Below are positions 1-8,253 of a stretch of 64,000 nt of DNA, piece after piece (within the stretch, counting starts at the first letter, position 1; every line of letters begins with the position of its first letter). The DNA is from Chitinophaga pinensis. Its GTDB lineage: Bacteria; Bacteroidota; Bacteroidia; NS11-12g; UBA955. A program made the position numbers and the translations under genes. Under the pieces are notes generated by a model. That model made no database searches and was not told where the DNA came from. It saw nothing but the letters and a program-made list of their open reading frames with translations. The DNA lies in assembly GCA_945871905.1 (NCBI GenBank), contig CAMBXL010000004.1, positions 67,375 through 131,374 of the forward strand. Direction: 5' to 3'.

Positions 1-2387
1 ACCCGCATGGTGACTCTTCTGTTTATGACACTATGGTTCGTATGGCCCAAGAGTGGAGTTTACGTTACACAATGGTGGATGGTCAAGGTAACTTTGGTTC
101 AATAGATGGTGACTCAGCAGCTGCCATGCGTTATACCGAAGCACGTTTGAAAAAAATTGCAGAAGAAATGTTGAATGATCTTGAAAAAGACACAGTGGAT
201 TTCAGACCCAATTTTGATGACTCGTTGAAAGAACCGTCTGTATTGCCTTCAAAAATACCTAACTTATTAGTTAATGGTGCTTCAGGTATTGCGGTTGGTA
301 TGGCTACCAATATGGCTCCTCATAATTTATCTGAATCTATTGATGCCATTGTAGCCTATATTGATAACAGAGAAATTGAAATCTCTGAATTAATGAATCA
401 CATTAAAGGACCCGATTTTCCAACAGGTGCAATAATCCATGGAACTGATGGAATACGTTCTGCTTTTGAAACAGGCAGAGGTAGAATTTTAATGAGAGGT
501 AAAACAGAAATTGAAACATTAAACAACGGTAAAGAACAAATTATTGTAACAGAAGTTCCTTATCAAGTTATGCCACATCAAATTATTACCAGAGCGGTTG
601 ATTTAGTTCAAGAAAAAATTATTGATGGTATTGTCAGTGTTAGAGATGAGTCAGGAAGACAAGGTATGCGTTTGGTATTTGAATTGAGAAAAGATGCCAT
701 TGCCAATGTAATCTTAAATCAATTATACAAATACACACCATTACAATCTTCTTTCTCGGTTAATAATATAGCCTTAGTGAATGGTCGACCAGAAATGCTT
801 AATCTGAAAGACATGATTGTGCATTTTGTTGAACACCGTCATGAAATAGTAGTTAGAAGAACAAAATATGATTTAGCAGAAGCAAGAAAAAGAGCGCATA
901 TTTTAGAAGGTTTATTAATTGCCTTAGATAATTTAGATGCCGTTATCAGCTTGATTAGAAATTCTAAAAATCCAGATGAAGCAAAAGAAGGCTTAATTTC
1001 CAACTTTGGATTAACTGAAATTCAGTCAAAAGCAATTTTAGATTTAAGATTGCAGCGTTTAACTGGATTAGAACGTCAAAAAATAAAAGAAGAATACGAC
1101 GAATTAATGAAATTGATTGCTTACTTAGAATCTGTATTAAACGATGAAGCTTTAAGATACTCTATCATCAAAGATGAGTTGAAAGAGATGAAGGAGAAAT
1201 ATGGTGATCCAAGAAGAACATTAATTGAACACAGTGCGGGTGAAATCGATATTGAAGATTTAATTCCAAATGAAAAAGTGGTTTTAACCATTTCTCACAT
1301 GGGCTACATTAAAAGAACGAGTTTGAATGAATACAAAGAGCAAAACCGTGGTGGTAGAGGAAACAGAGGCGTTTCACACAGAGATGAAGATTTTGTGGAG
1401 CATTTATTTGTTGCGAATACGCACAACTATATGCTATTCTTTACTGAACAAGGGCGTTGTTTCTGGATGAAAGTTTATGAATTGCCTGAAGGAGGAAAAG
1501 CGACAAAAGGTAGAGCGATTCAAAACTTGATTGCAATTCCTAAGGAAGATAAAATCAAAGCTTATTTGAATATCGAAAACTTAAAAGACGCAGAATACCT
1601 TGATCAGCATAATATTATTTTATGTACAAAGAAAGGGATTATTAAAAAAACTACACTCGAAGCATATTCAAGACCAAGAACGAATGGTATAAATGCCATT
1701 ACAATTAGAGAGGGAGATGAATTGTTAGAAGCAAAATTGACCAACGGAAATTGTGAAATCATTTTAGCTAAAAAATCTGGTAAAGCTATTAGATTTAATG
1801 AATCATTGGTAAGACCGATGGGTAGAAATGCAAGTGGTGTAAAAGGAGTAACCTTAGAAACAGACAAAGACGAAGTAATAGGTATGTTAGCTATTGACAA
1901 AGACAAACTAGCCGAAACAACTGTATTAGTGGTTGCTGAAAAAGGTTATGGCAAACGTTCATTCTTAGTTGACCCAGAAACAGGAGAAGATGAGTACAGA
2001 GTAACCGGAAGGGGTGGTAAAGGTGTTAAAACATTGAATATTACCGATAAAACTGGTGATTTGATATCTATATCGAATGTTACCGATGAAGATGGATTGA
2101 TGATAATAAACAAATCTGGCTTAACAATCAGAATGAGAGTTGACAGTATGAGAACTATGGGAAGAGCAACACAAGGTGTTAAATTAATCAATATCAAAAA
2201 CAATGATTCAATAGCATCAGTTGCGGTTGTTCCAGTTGAAGAGGAGGAAGAGATTGTTGAAGGTGAAGAAGGTGCGATTGACGGAGAAACGGTTGTTGAA
2301 TCTGGCACTGATTCTACTCCAACTGATTCATTAGATTCTGACATCCCTAATGAACCTAATGATGAGAATGGCACAACTATTGAATAA
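1..2387 (+). CDS. gyrA: DNA gyrase subunit A, 5'-truncated at window edge
   Basis: The frame is open from position 3 and encodes [16 protein letters not shown]...GQGNFGS, the conserved GyrA core. Repeated C-terminal beta-pinwheel blades follow, then an acidic Glu/Asp-rich tail. The real start codon lies upstream of the window. Confidence 0.95.
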   Translation, partial: PHGDSSVYDTMVRMAQEWSLRYTMVDGQGNFGSIDGDSAAAMRYTEARLKKIAEEMLNDLEKDTVDFRPNFDDSLKEPSVLPSKIPNLLVNGASGIAVGMATNMAPHNLSESIDAIVAYIDNREIEISELMNHIKGPDFPTGAIIHGTDGIRSAFETGRGRILMRGKTEIETLNNGKEQIIVTEVPYQVMPHQIITRAVDLVQEKIIDGIVSVRDESGRQGMRLVFELRKDAIANVILNQLYKYTPLQSSFSVNNIALVNGRPEMLNLKDMIVHFVEHRHEIVVRRTKYDLAEARKRAHILEGLLIALDNLDAVISLIRNSKNPDEAKEGLISNFGLTEIQSKAILDLRLQRLTGLERQKIKEEYDELMKLIAYLESVLNDEALRYSIIKDELKEMKEKYGDPRRTLIEHSAGEIDIEDLIPNEKVVLTISHMGYIKRTSLNEYKEQNRGGRGNRGVSHRDEDFVEHLFVANTHNYMLFFTEQGRCFWMKVYELPEGGKATKGRAIQNLIAIPKEDKIKAYLNIENLKDAEYLDQHNIILCTKKGIIKKTTLEAYSRPRTNGINAITIREGDELLEAKLTNGNCEIILAKKSGKAIRFNESLVRPMGRNASGVKGVTLETDKDEVIGMLAIDKDKLAETTVLVVAEKGYGKRSFLVDPETGEDEYRVTGRGGKGVKTLNITDKTGDLISISNVTDEDGLMIINKSGLTIRMRVDSMRTMGRATQGVKLINIKNNDSIASVAVVPVEEEEEIVEGEEGAIDGETVVESGTDSTPTDSLDSDIPNEPNDENGTTIE

Positions 2388-2409
2388 GTAATTTTAAATA
2401 CAAAAAAAA

Positions 2410-3699
2410 ATGAATATTAAACATTTAATTTTAGCAGGATTTATTGTATTAATAAATCCATTAACAAATGTGGCTCAAACAGGTAAAATCAAAAATGTTG
2501 AGTTGATAATGTCTGGAAGTGACCCAAACATTGAAGATGCAAAATACAATATTGATTTAGCGGCAAGCAATGAGGCTACAAGCAATATGGCAGGTATGTG
2601 GGGTTGGAGAGGGATCATCTATACCGTAATTGCATCATCGGCTGATACATCAATTATAGCATTAAACTCTAACAAAGATGCGGCTTTAATTGCTGGTCAA
2701 TCTTTTCAAAAATTTTATTCATTCCCTGAGAGCGATCAAAAGAAATACAGTGCATTAGATTATGCTAATGGATATGTTGTTTCTGCAATTATAAGTTGTT
2801 TTAATGAAGGAGTATCTTATGCATCTGACTCAGGTAGTTTTGAAAAAGTGAAAACCTACATGTCCATTGTAGATGATTTGTTAAAATACGATAAAGAGCA
2901 GGCTTTATTTGGTAAAATCAGTAAAGAAAAAGCTTTGTACATTTCATGGCAATCAGCCTATACGAACAAATTAGTGAATGAGGAGATTGAATTATTACAA
3001 AAACTTATCGATATTCCAAGCTACATGAATTCTTATGTTTTCATTAGAATGAGTGAAATTTATCTTGATCAAAAAAACTACGACAAAGCAGTTGCATTTT
3101 TAGAAGCAGGTAAAATAAAAATACCTAGTAAATCAGGGGAGTTCTTGAATCAACAAATAAACATTGAAATAGAACGTAATAATATCCAAAGTTTACTCGT
3201 TAAGTTTACAGAAGGTATTCAAAACGAGCCTGATAACAAAGATTATTACTTTTCAAGAGGCGTTTCTTACCACCAACTTAAAATGGAGGATAGAAACAAT
3301 CAAGAAAAAGCGATAAAAAATGATGAAAAACCGGCTAAAGACAAGTATTACTTCAGTCAAGGGTTAGCAGATTATGCCAAAGCAATTCAGTTAGACCCAA
3401 GTTATACAGATGCTTTGAACAATGAAGCTATTTTACTGTTAGATTCTGCGGATTATATTTACAAACAACGTACTAGAGTAGAATCATCTCAATATGCCAA
3501 ATATGACAAGTTATCAGTTGCTTTATACGGTCAAGTCGTTCAAAAACTTGTTGCGTTGTATGAAATGAATTTCAAAAAAGGCCAAGAATTAGTTGATTTA
3601 CTTAAAACAATTAAAAGTATTTATGCAAAGCTTAACGATGAGGAGAAAAGAAGTGATTACGATAAGTTGTATAAACAAGAGAAGAGTAAGTTAGAATAG
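2410..3699 (+). CDS. secreted TPR-like repeat protein of unknown function
   Basis: N-terminal signal peptide (MNIKHLILAGFIVLINPLTNVAQ). Helical Tyr/Ala/Lys-rich repeats resemble tetratricopeptide repeats. Only 22 bp downstream of gyrA. Confidence 0.55.
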   Translation: MNIKHLILAGFIVLINPLTNVAQTGKIKNVELIMSGSDPNIEDAKYNIDLAASNEATSNMAGMWGWRGIIYTVIASSADTSIIALNSNKDAALIAGQSFQKFYSFPESDQKKYSALDYANGYVVSAIISCFNEGVSYASDSGSFEKVKTYMSIVDDLLKYDKEQALFGKISKEKALYISWQSAYTNKLVNEEIELLQKLIDIPSYMNSYVFIRMSEIYLDQKNYDKAVAFLEAGKIKIPSKSGEFLNQQINIEIERNNIQSLLVKFTEGIQNEPDNKDYYFSRGVSYHQLKMEDRNNQEKAIKNDEKPAKDKYYFSQGLADYAKAIQLDPSYTDALNNEAILLLDSADYIYKQRTRVESSQYAKYDKLSVALYGQVVQKLVALYEMNFKKGQELVDLLKTIKSIYAKLNDEEKRSDYDKLYKQEKSKLE

Positions 3700-3713
3700 C
3701 AATCAAATATTTG

Positions 3714-3746
3714 ATAGGCCAAGCAATATGTTTGGCTTATCTTTTA
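3714..3746 (+). terminator. putative rho-independent terminator after the TPR gene
   Basis: Hairpin ataggccaa / ttggcttat (8 of 9 bp paired, 9-nt loop) followed by a T-rich run. Confidence 0.35.
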
Positions 3747-3809
3747 AATAATTTAGTTAACATAATATTAATTATAGGACAATTTATTATATTTCAAAAA
3801 TTAGTTAAT

Positions 3810-4265
3810 CTATTGAATTTCAATTATCTTGTAATTTGAGGATTGAAACGTGAATGCTGTATTGATGCTTTGTTTTTTCATGAATTGTATAATCGGTGAA
3901 TCCAATGAAACGATAAAATAAGATTGGTCTGATATATTAACCAAACCAAGTGAAGCAGCAATAAAAAAAATCTTTGTATCTGTAATAATCAAAGTTCCAT
4001 TTTCAATTCTTTTCTTTTTTTCAATTTTTAATTGATTCAAAGTATTAATTTGTTGATTAATCATTTTAATTTGAGTTTGCATTTTTTCTTGTTCAATGTG
4101 CATCATTGATTTGAAAGTTTCGTGTTTATCACCAGCAGAACTTTTGGAATCTGTTTGTATTGAATCAATTAATGATTGATAGATAACTGTTAATTCATTA
4201 AATTTAATCTCTAATCTATTTTTACAATATTCTACAAGCGACTTTTTAAGGTAAATATAATCCAT
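3810..4265 (-). CDS. hypothetical protein with central coiled-coil segment
   Basis: 151-aa ORF with a heptad-like region (QEKMQTQIKMINQQINTLNQLKIEKKKRIE). No recognisable catalytic motif. Confidence 0.45.
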   Translation of the reverse strand: MDYIYLKKSLVEYCKNRLEIKFNELTVIYQSLIDSIQTDSKSSAGDKHETFKSMMHIEQEKMQTQIKMINQQINTLNQLKIEKKKRIENGTLIITDTKIFFIAASLGLVNISDQSYFIVSLDSPIIQFMKKQSINTAFTFQSSNYKIIEIQ

Positions 4266-4400
4266 TTAAATAATTGATTCAAATTTATGATTCTTACTCA
4301 TGTATTACATATAAATGTTAAAAAATAATATTTGAATCGTTAATATCTTATTTACGGTCTTCTGTTTTTTTTGTTAAATTTGAAGTTTATATTTAGAATC

Positions 4401-4787
4401 ATGGACAAAATAGAATTAAAAGGCAAAATTAAAGTAGTTGGCAAAACTGTAGAAGTTGGAAATAACGGGTTTAAAAAAAGAGAATTGGTTGTTGAAACCG
4501 AAGAACAATACCCACAATATATTTCAATAAATTTCATCAAGGATGCTTGCGACAGTTTGAATGGTTACACAATTGGTGAAAAAGTTTCCGTTGGTATCAA
4601 TTTAAAAGGTAGAGAATGGACTAGTCCAAGTGGTGAAATTAAGTATTTTAATGACATTCAAGGTTGGAGAATTACTAAATTAGGTGCCGCAGACTCCACT
4701 CCTTCTCCTTCTGAAACCAACGAAGTTCCAGTTTTCCAAACTGAAAGAGACGACTCTTCTCAAGCGGTTGACGATCTTCCATTTTAA
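4401..4787 (+). CDS. DUF3127 domain protein with SSB-like acidic C-terminal tip
   Basis: MDKIELKGKIKVVGKTVEVGNNGFKKRELVV...EKVSVGINLKGREWTSPSGEIKYFNDIQGWRI matches the DUF3127 family common in Bacteroidota. Start chosen at the internal Met, 10 codons into the six-frame ORF. The protein ends in ...DDSSQAVDDLPF. Confidence 0.6.
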   Translation: MDKIELKGKIKVVGKTVEVGNNGFKKRELVVETEEQYPQYISINFIKDACDSLNGYTIGEKVSVGINLKGREWTSPSGEIKYFNDIQGWRITKLGAADSTPSPSETNEVPVFQTERDDSSQAVDDLPF

Positions 4788-4802
4788 TTAAAATATTTCT
4801 AA

Positions 4803-5873
4803 ATGGATAAAAAAAGTAAAGCCTTTTTATTTAAGTATTTAAACAATTGTTCTCCAACTGGTTTTGAAACCATTGGACAACAAATTTGGTTAGATTATAT
4901 GAAAGCATACAGTGATGATTATATTTCTGATGCTTATGGAAGTGTTGCTGCCATTATTAATCCAGGTAAGAAATACAAAGTTGTAATTGAAGCTCATGCT
5001 GATGAAATTTCATGGTTTGTTAAATACATAACTGATGACGGCTATTTATATGTAACCAGAAATGGTGGTTCAGATCATTTGATAGCACCTTCAATGCGAG
5101 TAAATATTTTAACCAGCAAGGGTTCTGTTAAGGGTATTTTTGGTTGGCCTGCCATTCATGTTAGAATTGGTGAAAAAGAAGTAACCCCAACAACTGATAA
5201 TATTTTTATTGATATTGGATGTTCGAACAAAAAAGAGGTTGAAGAAATGGGTGTTCACGTTGGTTGTGTTGCTGTATTTGAAGATGAATTAATGGAATTG
5301 AACGACAAGTACTTAACTGGTAGAGCATTAGACAATAGAATTGGTGGATACATGATTGCTGAGGTAGCTAAAAAACTATTTACCAATAAAGTGAAATTGC
5401 CCTATTCATTGTACGTCGTTAATGCAGTTCAAGAAGAAATTGGGTTAAGAGGTGCTGAAATGATTTCTAGAAAAATTAAGCCCGATGTTGCGGTAATCAC
5501 AGACGTAACCCACGATACTTCATCGCCTTTATATGATAAAAAGAAACAGGGCGACCAAAAATGTGGATTAGGTCCCGTTTTAACTTATGGCCCAGCAGTA
5601 CAAAATAATCTATTGAACATGATTATTGATGTTGCCAATAAGAATAAAATTAATTTCCAAAGAGCAGCAGTAAGTCGCAGTACTGGAACTGATACCGATA
5701 GTTTTGCATACAGTGGAGAAGGTGTTCCATCTGCGTTAATTTCTTTACCTTTGAAATACATGCATACTACGGTTGAAACCGTTAACAAAAACGATGTTCA
5801 AGAAGTTGTTGAATTGATGTATCAGTTTTTAATAAATCTAAAATCTGGTCATGATTTTAGATACATTAAATAA
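4803..5873 (+). CDS. M42 family metallo-aminopeptidase (FrvX/glutamyl aminopeptidase-like)
   Basis: 356 aa with the pattern typical of M42 peptidases: EAHADEISWFV, GRALDNRIG, VQEEIGLRGA. Metal-binding His/Asp/Glu residues are in expected positions. Confidence 0.75.
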   Translation: MDKKSKAFLFKYLNNCSPTGFETIGQQIWLDYMKAYSDDYISDAYGSVAAIINPGKKYKVVIEAHADEISWFVKYITDDGYLYVTRNGGSDHLIAPSMRVNILTSKGSVKGIFGWPAIHVRIGEKEVTPTTDNIFIDIGCSNKKEVEEMGVHVGCVAVFEDELMELNDKYLTGRALDNRIGGYMIAEVAKKLFTNKVKLPYSLYVVNAVQEEIGLRGAEMISRKIKPDVAVITDVTHDTSSPLYDKKKQGDQKCGLGPVLTYGPAVQNNLLNMIIDVANKNKINFQRAAVSRSTGTDTDSFAYSGEGVPSALISLPLKYMHTTVETVNKNDVQEVVELMYQFLINLKSGHDFRYIK

Positions 5874-5875
5874 TA

Positions 5876-6250
5876 TTGGATAAAAGGGTTGTAAATTATA
5901 TTGATTCAATAAAACAAGAATATAAAAGGAATTATATTGTTTTATTTGAGTTTATAAAAGAATATGCACCCCAAGTTCAAATAGAATGGATATTTAATTG
6001 TCCGTTTTTTACTTATTACGGATTGTTAATCTACATTGGAATGGACAAAAAATCTAAAAAAGTATACCTTGGATTTTGCAATGGATCTCTTCTTAATGAT
6101 TTTTTTAAAATACTTGATAACTCCACTACAAAGACTGTCTATAAATGGTTTTTTGATGATGATGATTCTTTTATTAAAAACAAAGATTTTTTAAAAATAT
6201 TGATTGAAGAAAGTATGACAATTAATAAACTAAAAAAAACAAATATATAA
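5876..6250 (+). CDS. hypothetical protein, possibly DUF1801-like
   Basis: 124 aa. The segment CPFFTYYGLLIYIGMDKKSKKVYLGF loosely resembles the DUF1801 core. The start is 3 bp after the peptidase stop. Confidence 0.35.
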   Translation: MDKRVVNYIDSIKQEYKRNYIVLFEFIKEYAPQVQIEWIFNCPFFTYYGLLIYIGMDKKSKKVYLGFCNGSLLNDFFKILDNSTTKTVYKWFFDDDDSFIKNKDFLKILIEESMTINKLKKTNI

Positions 6251-6251
6251 T

Positions 6252-7109
6252 ATGGGTAATAAAATTGTAATTTTTTTTCTCAAACTATTATCAAGTATTC
6301 CTTTATCGGTTCTATACGTTTTTTCATATTTTTTGTATTTCATCTTTTACAACATAATAGGTTATCGAAAAAAAACAATAATATCGAATTTAAAAATCGC
6401 TTTTCCTCAAAAGAGTGAAAATGAAATTAATATTTTAACTAAAAAATATTACAGATACCTCTCCCATTTAGTAGTTGAAATTATAAAAGGATTTACTATT
6501 TCTGCAGATGAATTGACTAAAAGAATAAAAACAGATAATTCGGAAATATACGATAAAATAACACGTGACAAATCTTCTGCCATTGTAGTTATGGGACATA
6601 ATGGAAATTGGGAATGGGTTTGTCGACAAGCACCTTTGTACATTAAAACCCCAATTTGTGTAGCATACAAACCGTTAAGTAATCCTTATTATGACGATTT
6701 GTTTAATAAAGCTCGAACTGAGTTTGGCACGATGGTAGAACCTATGGCTAAAATTGGGAAATATATTATTGAAAATAAAAACAAATCTTATCTAATTATT
6801 CTTACAGCCGATCAATCTCCTTCTAACCCTGAAACTGGAATTTGGGCTAAGTTTTTTAATATAGATACTAGTTTTCTTTCTGGTTTAGAGAAACTTTCTC
6901 TAAAATACAATCTCCCAATTATTTTCCATGAAGTTAAACTAACTAGAAAAGGTTACTACCATTGCACAGTTCATCCTCCTATTTTAGCAGCTGATTTAAG
7001 AGAAAATCAGAGTATTACACAATACTATGCCAACATGATTGAACAAAAAATAATGGAACAACCAGAAATTTGGCTTTGGAGTCATAAACGTTGGAAACAT
7101 AAAAAGTAA
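6252..7109 (+). CDS. lipid A biosynthesis (Kdo2-lipid IVA) acyltransferase, LpxL/HtrB family
   Basis: N-terminal membrane anchor and the HxGNWE acyltransferase motif (MGHNGNWEW) diagnostic of the LpxL/LpxM lauroyl/myristoyl acyltransferase family. Confidence 0.7.
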   Translation: MGNKIVIFFLKLLSSIPLSVLYVFSYFLYFIFYNIIGYRKKTIISNLKIAFPQKSENEINILTKKYYRYLSHLVVEIIKGFTISADELTKRIKTDNSEIYDKITRDKSSAIVVMGHNGNWEWVCRQAPLYIKTPICVAYKPLSNPYYDDLFNKARTEFGTMVEPMAKIGKYIIENKNKSYLIILTADQSPSNPETGIWAKFFNIDTSFLSGLEKLSLKYNLPIIFHEVKLTRKGYYHCTVHPPILAADLRENQSITQYYANMIEQKIMEQPEIWLWSHKRWKHKK

Positions 7110-7140
7110 TAAAACTTCAACTTAAAAATATAATTAATCG

Positions 7141-7171
7141 TTTGATATCTAAGGATTCAATCTTATATTTG
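7141..7171 (+). promoter_or_regulatory. putative Bacteroidota sigma-A promoter of the ArsR-like gene
   Basis: TTTG at 7141-7144 and TAtaTTTG at 7164-7171 (a TAnnTTTG -7 box), 19 nt apart. The -7 box ends 8 bp before the ATG at 7179, so the leader is very short. Confidence 0.35.
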
Positions 7172-7178
7172 CATCACT

Positions 7179-7517
7179 ATGGCAATGAGTAAAAAATCAC
7201 TTTTTGATTCAAATGAAGTAGAATTGAGCGTTCTATGCAAAGCATTAGGGCATCCAGCACGTATTAAAATAATTAAAATTCTATTGGCAAAAAATGATCA
7301 AACATGTAAAGATATTGTAGAAATGCTTCCTTTGAGTCAATCTACAGTTTCACAGCACTTGTCCGAACTTAGAAATGCTCAGTTGATTACAGGTAAAAAC
7401 CACAAAACAAGTGTCATTTATAGTGTAGATAAAAACTATCTAGCCAAATCTCAAAAGCTTTTAAGTGAGTTCTTCAACGCTCACATCCTAAATGTTAGAC
7501 AATCGACTTTATTTTAG
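7179..7517 (+). CDS. ArsR/SmtB-family winged-helix transcriptional regulator
   Basis: LCKALGHPARIKIIKIL...CKDIVEMLPLSQSTVSQHLSELRNAQLI is the ArsR HTH signature. Only a single Cys, so no canonical metal-binding Cys-x-Cys site. Confidence 0.7.
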   Translation: MAMSKKSLFDSNEVELSVLCKALGHPARIKIIKILLAKNDQTCKDIVEMLPLSQSTVSQHLSELRNAQLITGKNHKTSVIYSVDKNYLAKSQKLLSEFFNAHILNVRQSTLF

Positions 7518-7850
7518 TTGATTAAGTGAATCTTCTATCGATTCTAAGTCTTCTGTCAATTTCCCAACTCCCATTTTTATCTTATTTATTTCTGTTTTTA
7601 GCTTGTTTTTCAATTGCTGAATAACTAATTCCTTATTATCTCTTTTCATTTCACCAATACCCAATACAAGCCATTCTGGATTGATATCAGGGAATTGCTG
7701 TAGTATGGAAACCACTAAATCCATACTTGCTTTGTTACGACCTGAAGATAAATGCGACAACACAGCATTTGATATATTTAGCTTTTGACTAAACTCTAAT
7801 CTACTCAAACCTGATTGGTTAAACACTTCTAATATTCTGATTTCTAACAT
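7509..7850 (-). CDS. XRE-family helix-turn-helix transcriptional regulator with C-terminal coiled coil
   Basis: N-terminal LSRLEFSQKLNISNAVLSHLSSGRNKASMDLVVSILQQF is a Cro/cI-type HTH. The C-terminal half is a charged helical region. Convergent with the ArsR-like gene, with a 9-bp overlap. Confidence 0.7.
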   Translation of the reverse strand: MLEIRILEVFNQSGLSRLEFSQKLNISNAVLSHLSSGRNKASMDLVVSILQQFPDINPEWLVLGIGEMKRDNKELVIQQLKNKLKTEINKIKMGVGKLTEDLESIEDSLNQLK

Positions 7851-7870
7851 ATTGTATTTATTGATTAAGT

Positions 7871-7973
7871 TTTACAAATGTAATAAACAAAACTTTACAA
7901 CTGTAAAATATGATGTTTACAAATGTAAATAAATAGTTTTACATTTGTAAATAAATAGTTTTACAATTGTAAA
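7871..7973. promoter_or_regulatory. phased array of five 14-bp palindromic repeats (TTTACA-NN-TGTAAA), candidate operator/promoter cluster for the XRE regulator
   Basis: Copies at 7871, 7894, 7916, 7938 and 7960 (tttacaaatgtaat, tttacaactgtaaa, tttacaaatgtaaa, tttacatttgtaaa, tttacaattgtaaa). Spacing is 22-23 bp. Each arm embeds a TAnnTTTG-like -7 element. Copy 1 lies 21 bp upstream of the XRE ATG. Confidence 0.6.
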
Positions 7974-8209
7974 ACTATGCATAAATACTTAAATAACAAT
8001 TAGTTGGATTTACGTATTTAAAGCTTAAAATCTATTTAAGCTGGTAATTTTTCGTTTTTATATACTCTATTACTATCACATCTAGCTCAAATATATAATT
8101 CAAACACACCAACATTACCTAAACTAATAGTTTATTAAAAATCCATAATTACTTGAATTTTAATTTATTAAAATATTTGTTTAACTTTTATATATTAGGA
8201 TATAGGCAT

Positions 8210-8238
8210 AAAAAAAGGAAGTACTCCTTCCCTTTTTA
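8210..8238. terminator. bidirectional rho-independent terminator downstream of the MFS gene
   Basis: aaaaaaa-ggaag-tactc-cttcc-ctttttaa: a GC-containing hairpin flanked by an A-run and a T-run. On the minus strand it reads as hairpin plus T7. Confidence 0.5.
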
Positions 8239-8253
8239 ACTTAAACTGAATTA

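Noticed and set aside
1604-2374. Two antisense ORFs (100 and 142 aa) inside gyrA
   Set aside because: They lie entirely within a well-supported conserved gene on the opposite strand. The sequence is low-complexity and Ser/Leu-rich, typical of spurious antisense frames in AT-rich DNA.
4352-4540. 62-aa minus-strand ORF overlapping the DUF3127 start
   Set aside because: It overlaps the 5' end of a family-supported gene and has a hydrophobic low-complexity translation, so it is likely spurious.
7509-7850. XRE regulator considered as a prophage cI-like repressor marking a prophage
   Set aside because: Flanking genes are housekeeping (lpxL-like, MFS, lepA). There is no Cro partner and no phage genes, so a prophage call is unsupported.
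7871-7973. Regularly spaced repeats considered as a mini CRISPR array
   Set aside because: The repeats are only 14 bp, palindromic and AT-only. The so-called spacers are 8-9 bp and similar to each other. No cas genes or leader are present. The operator/promoter interpretation fits far better.
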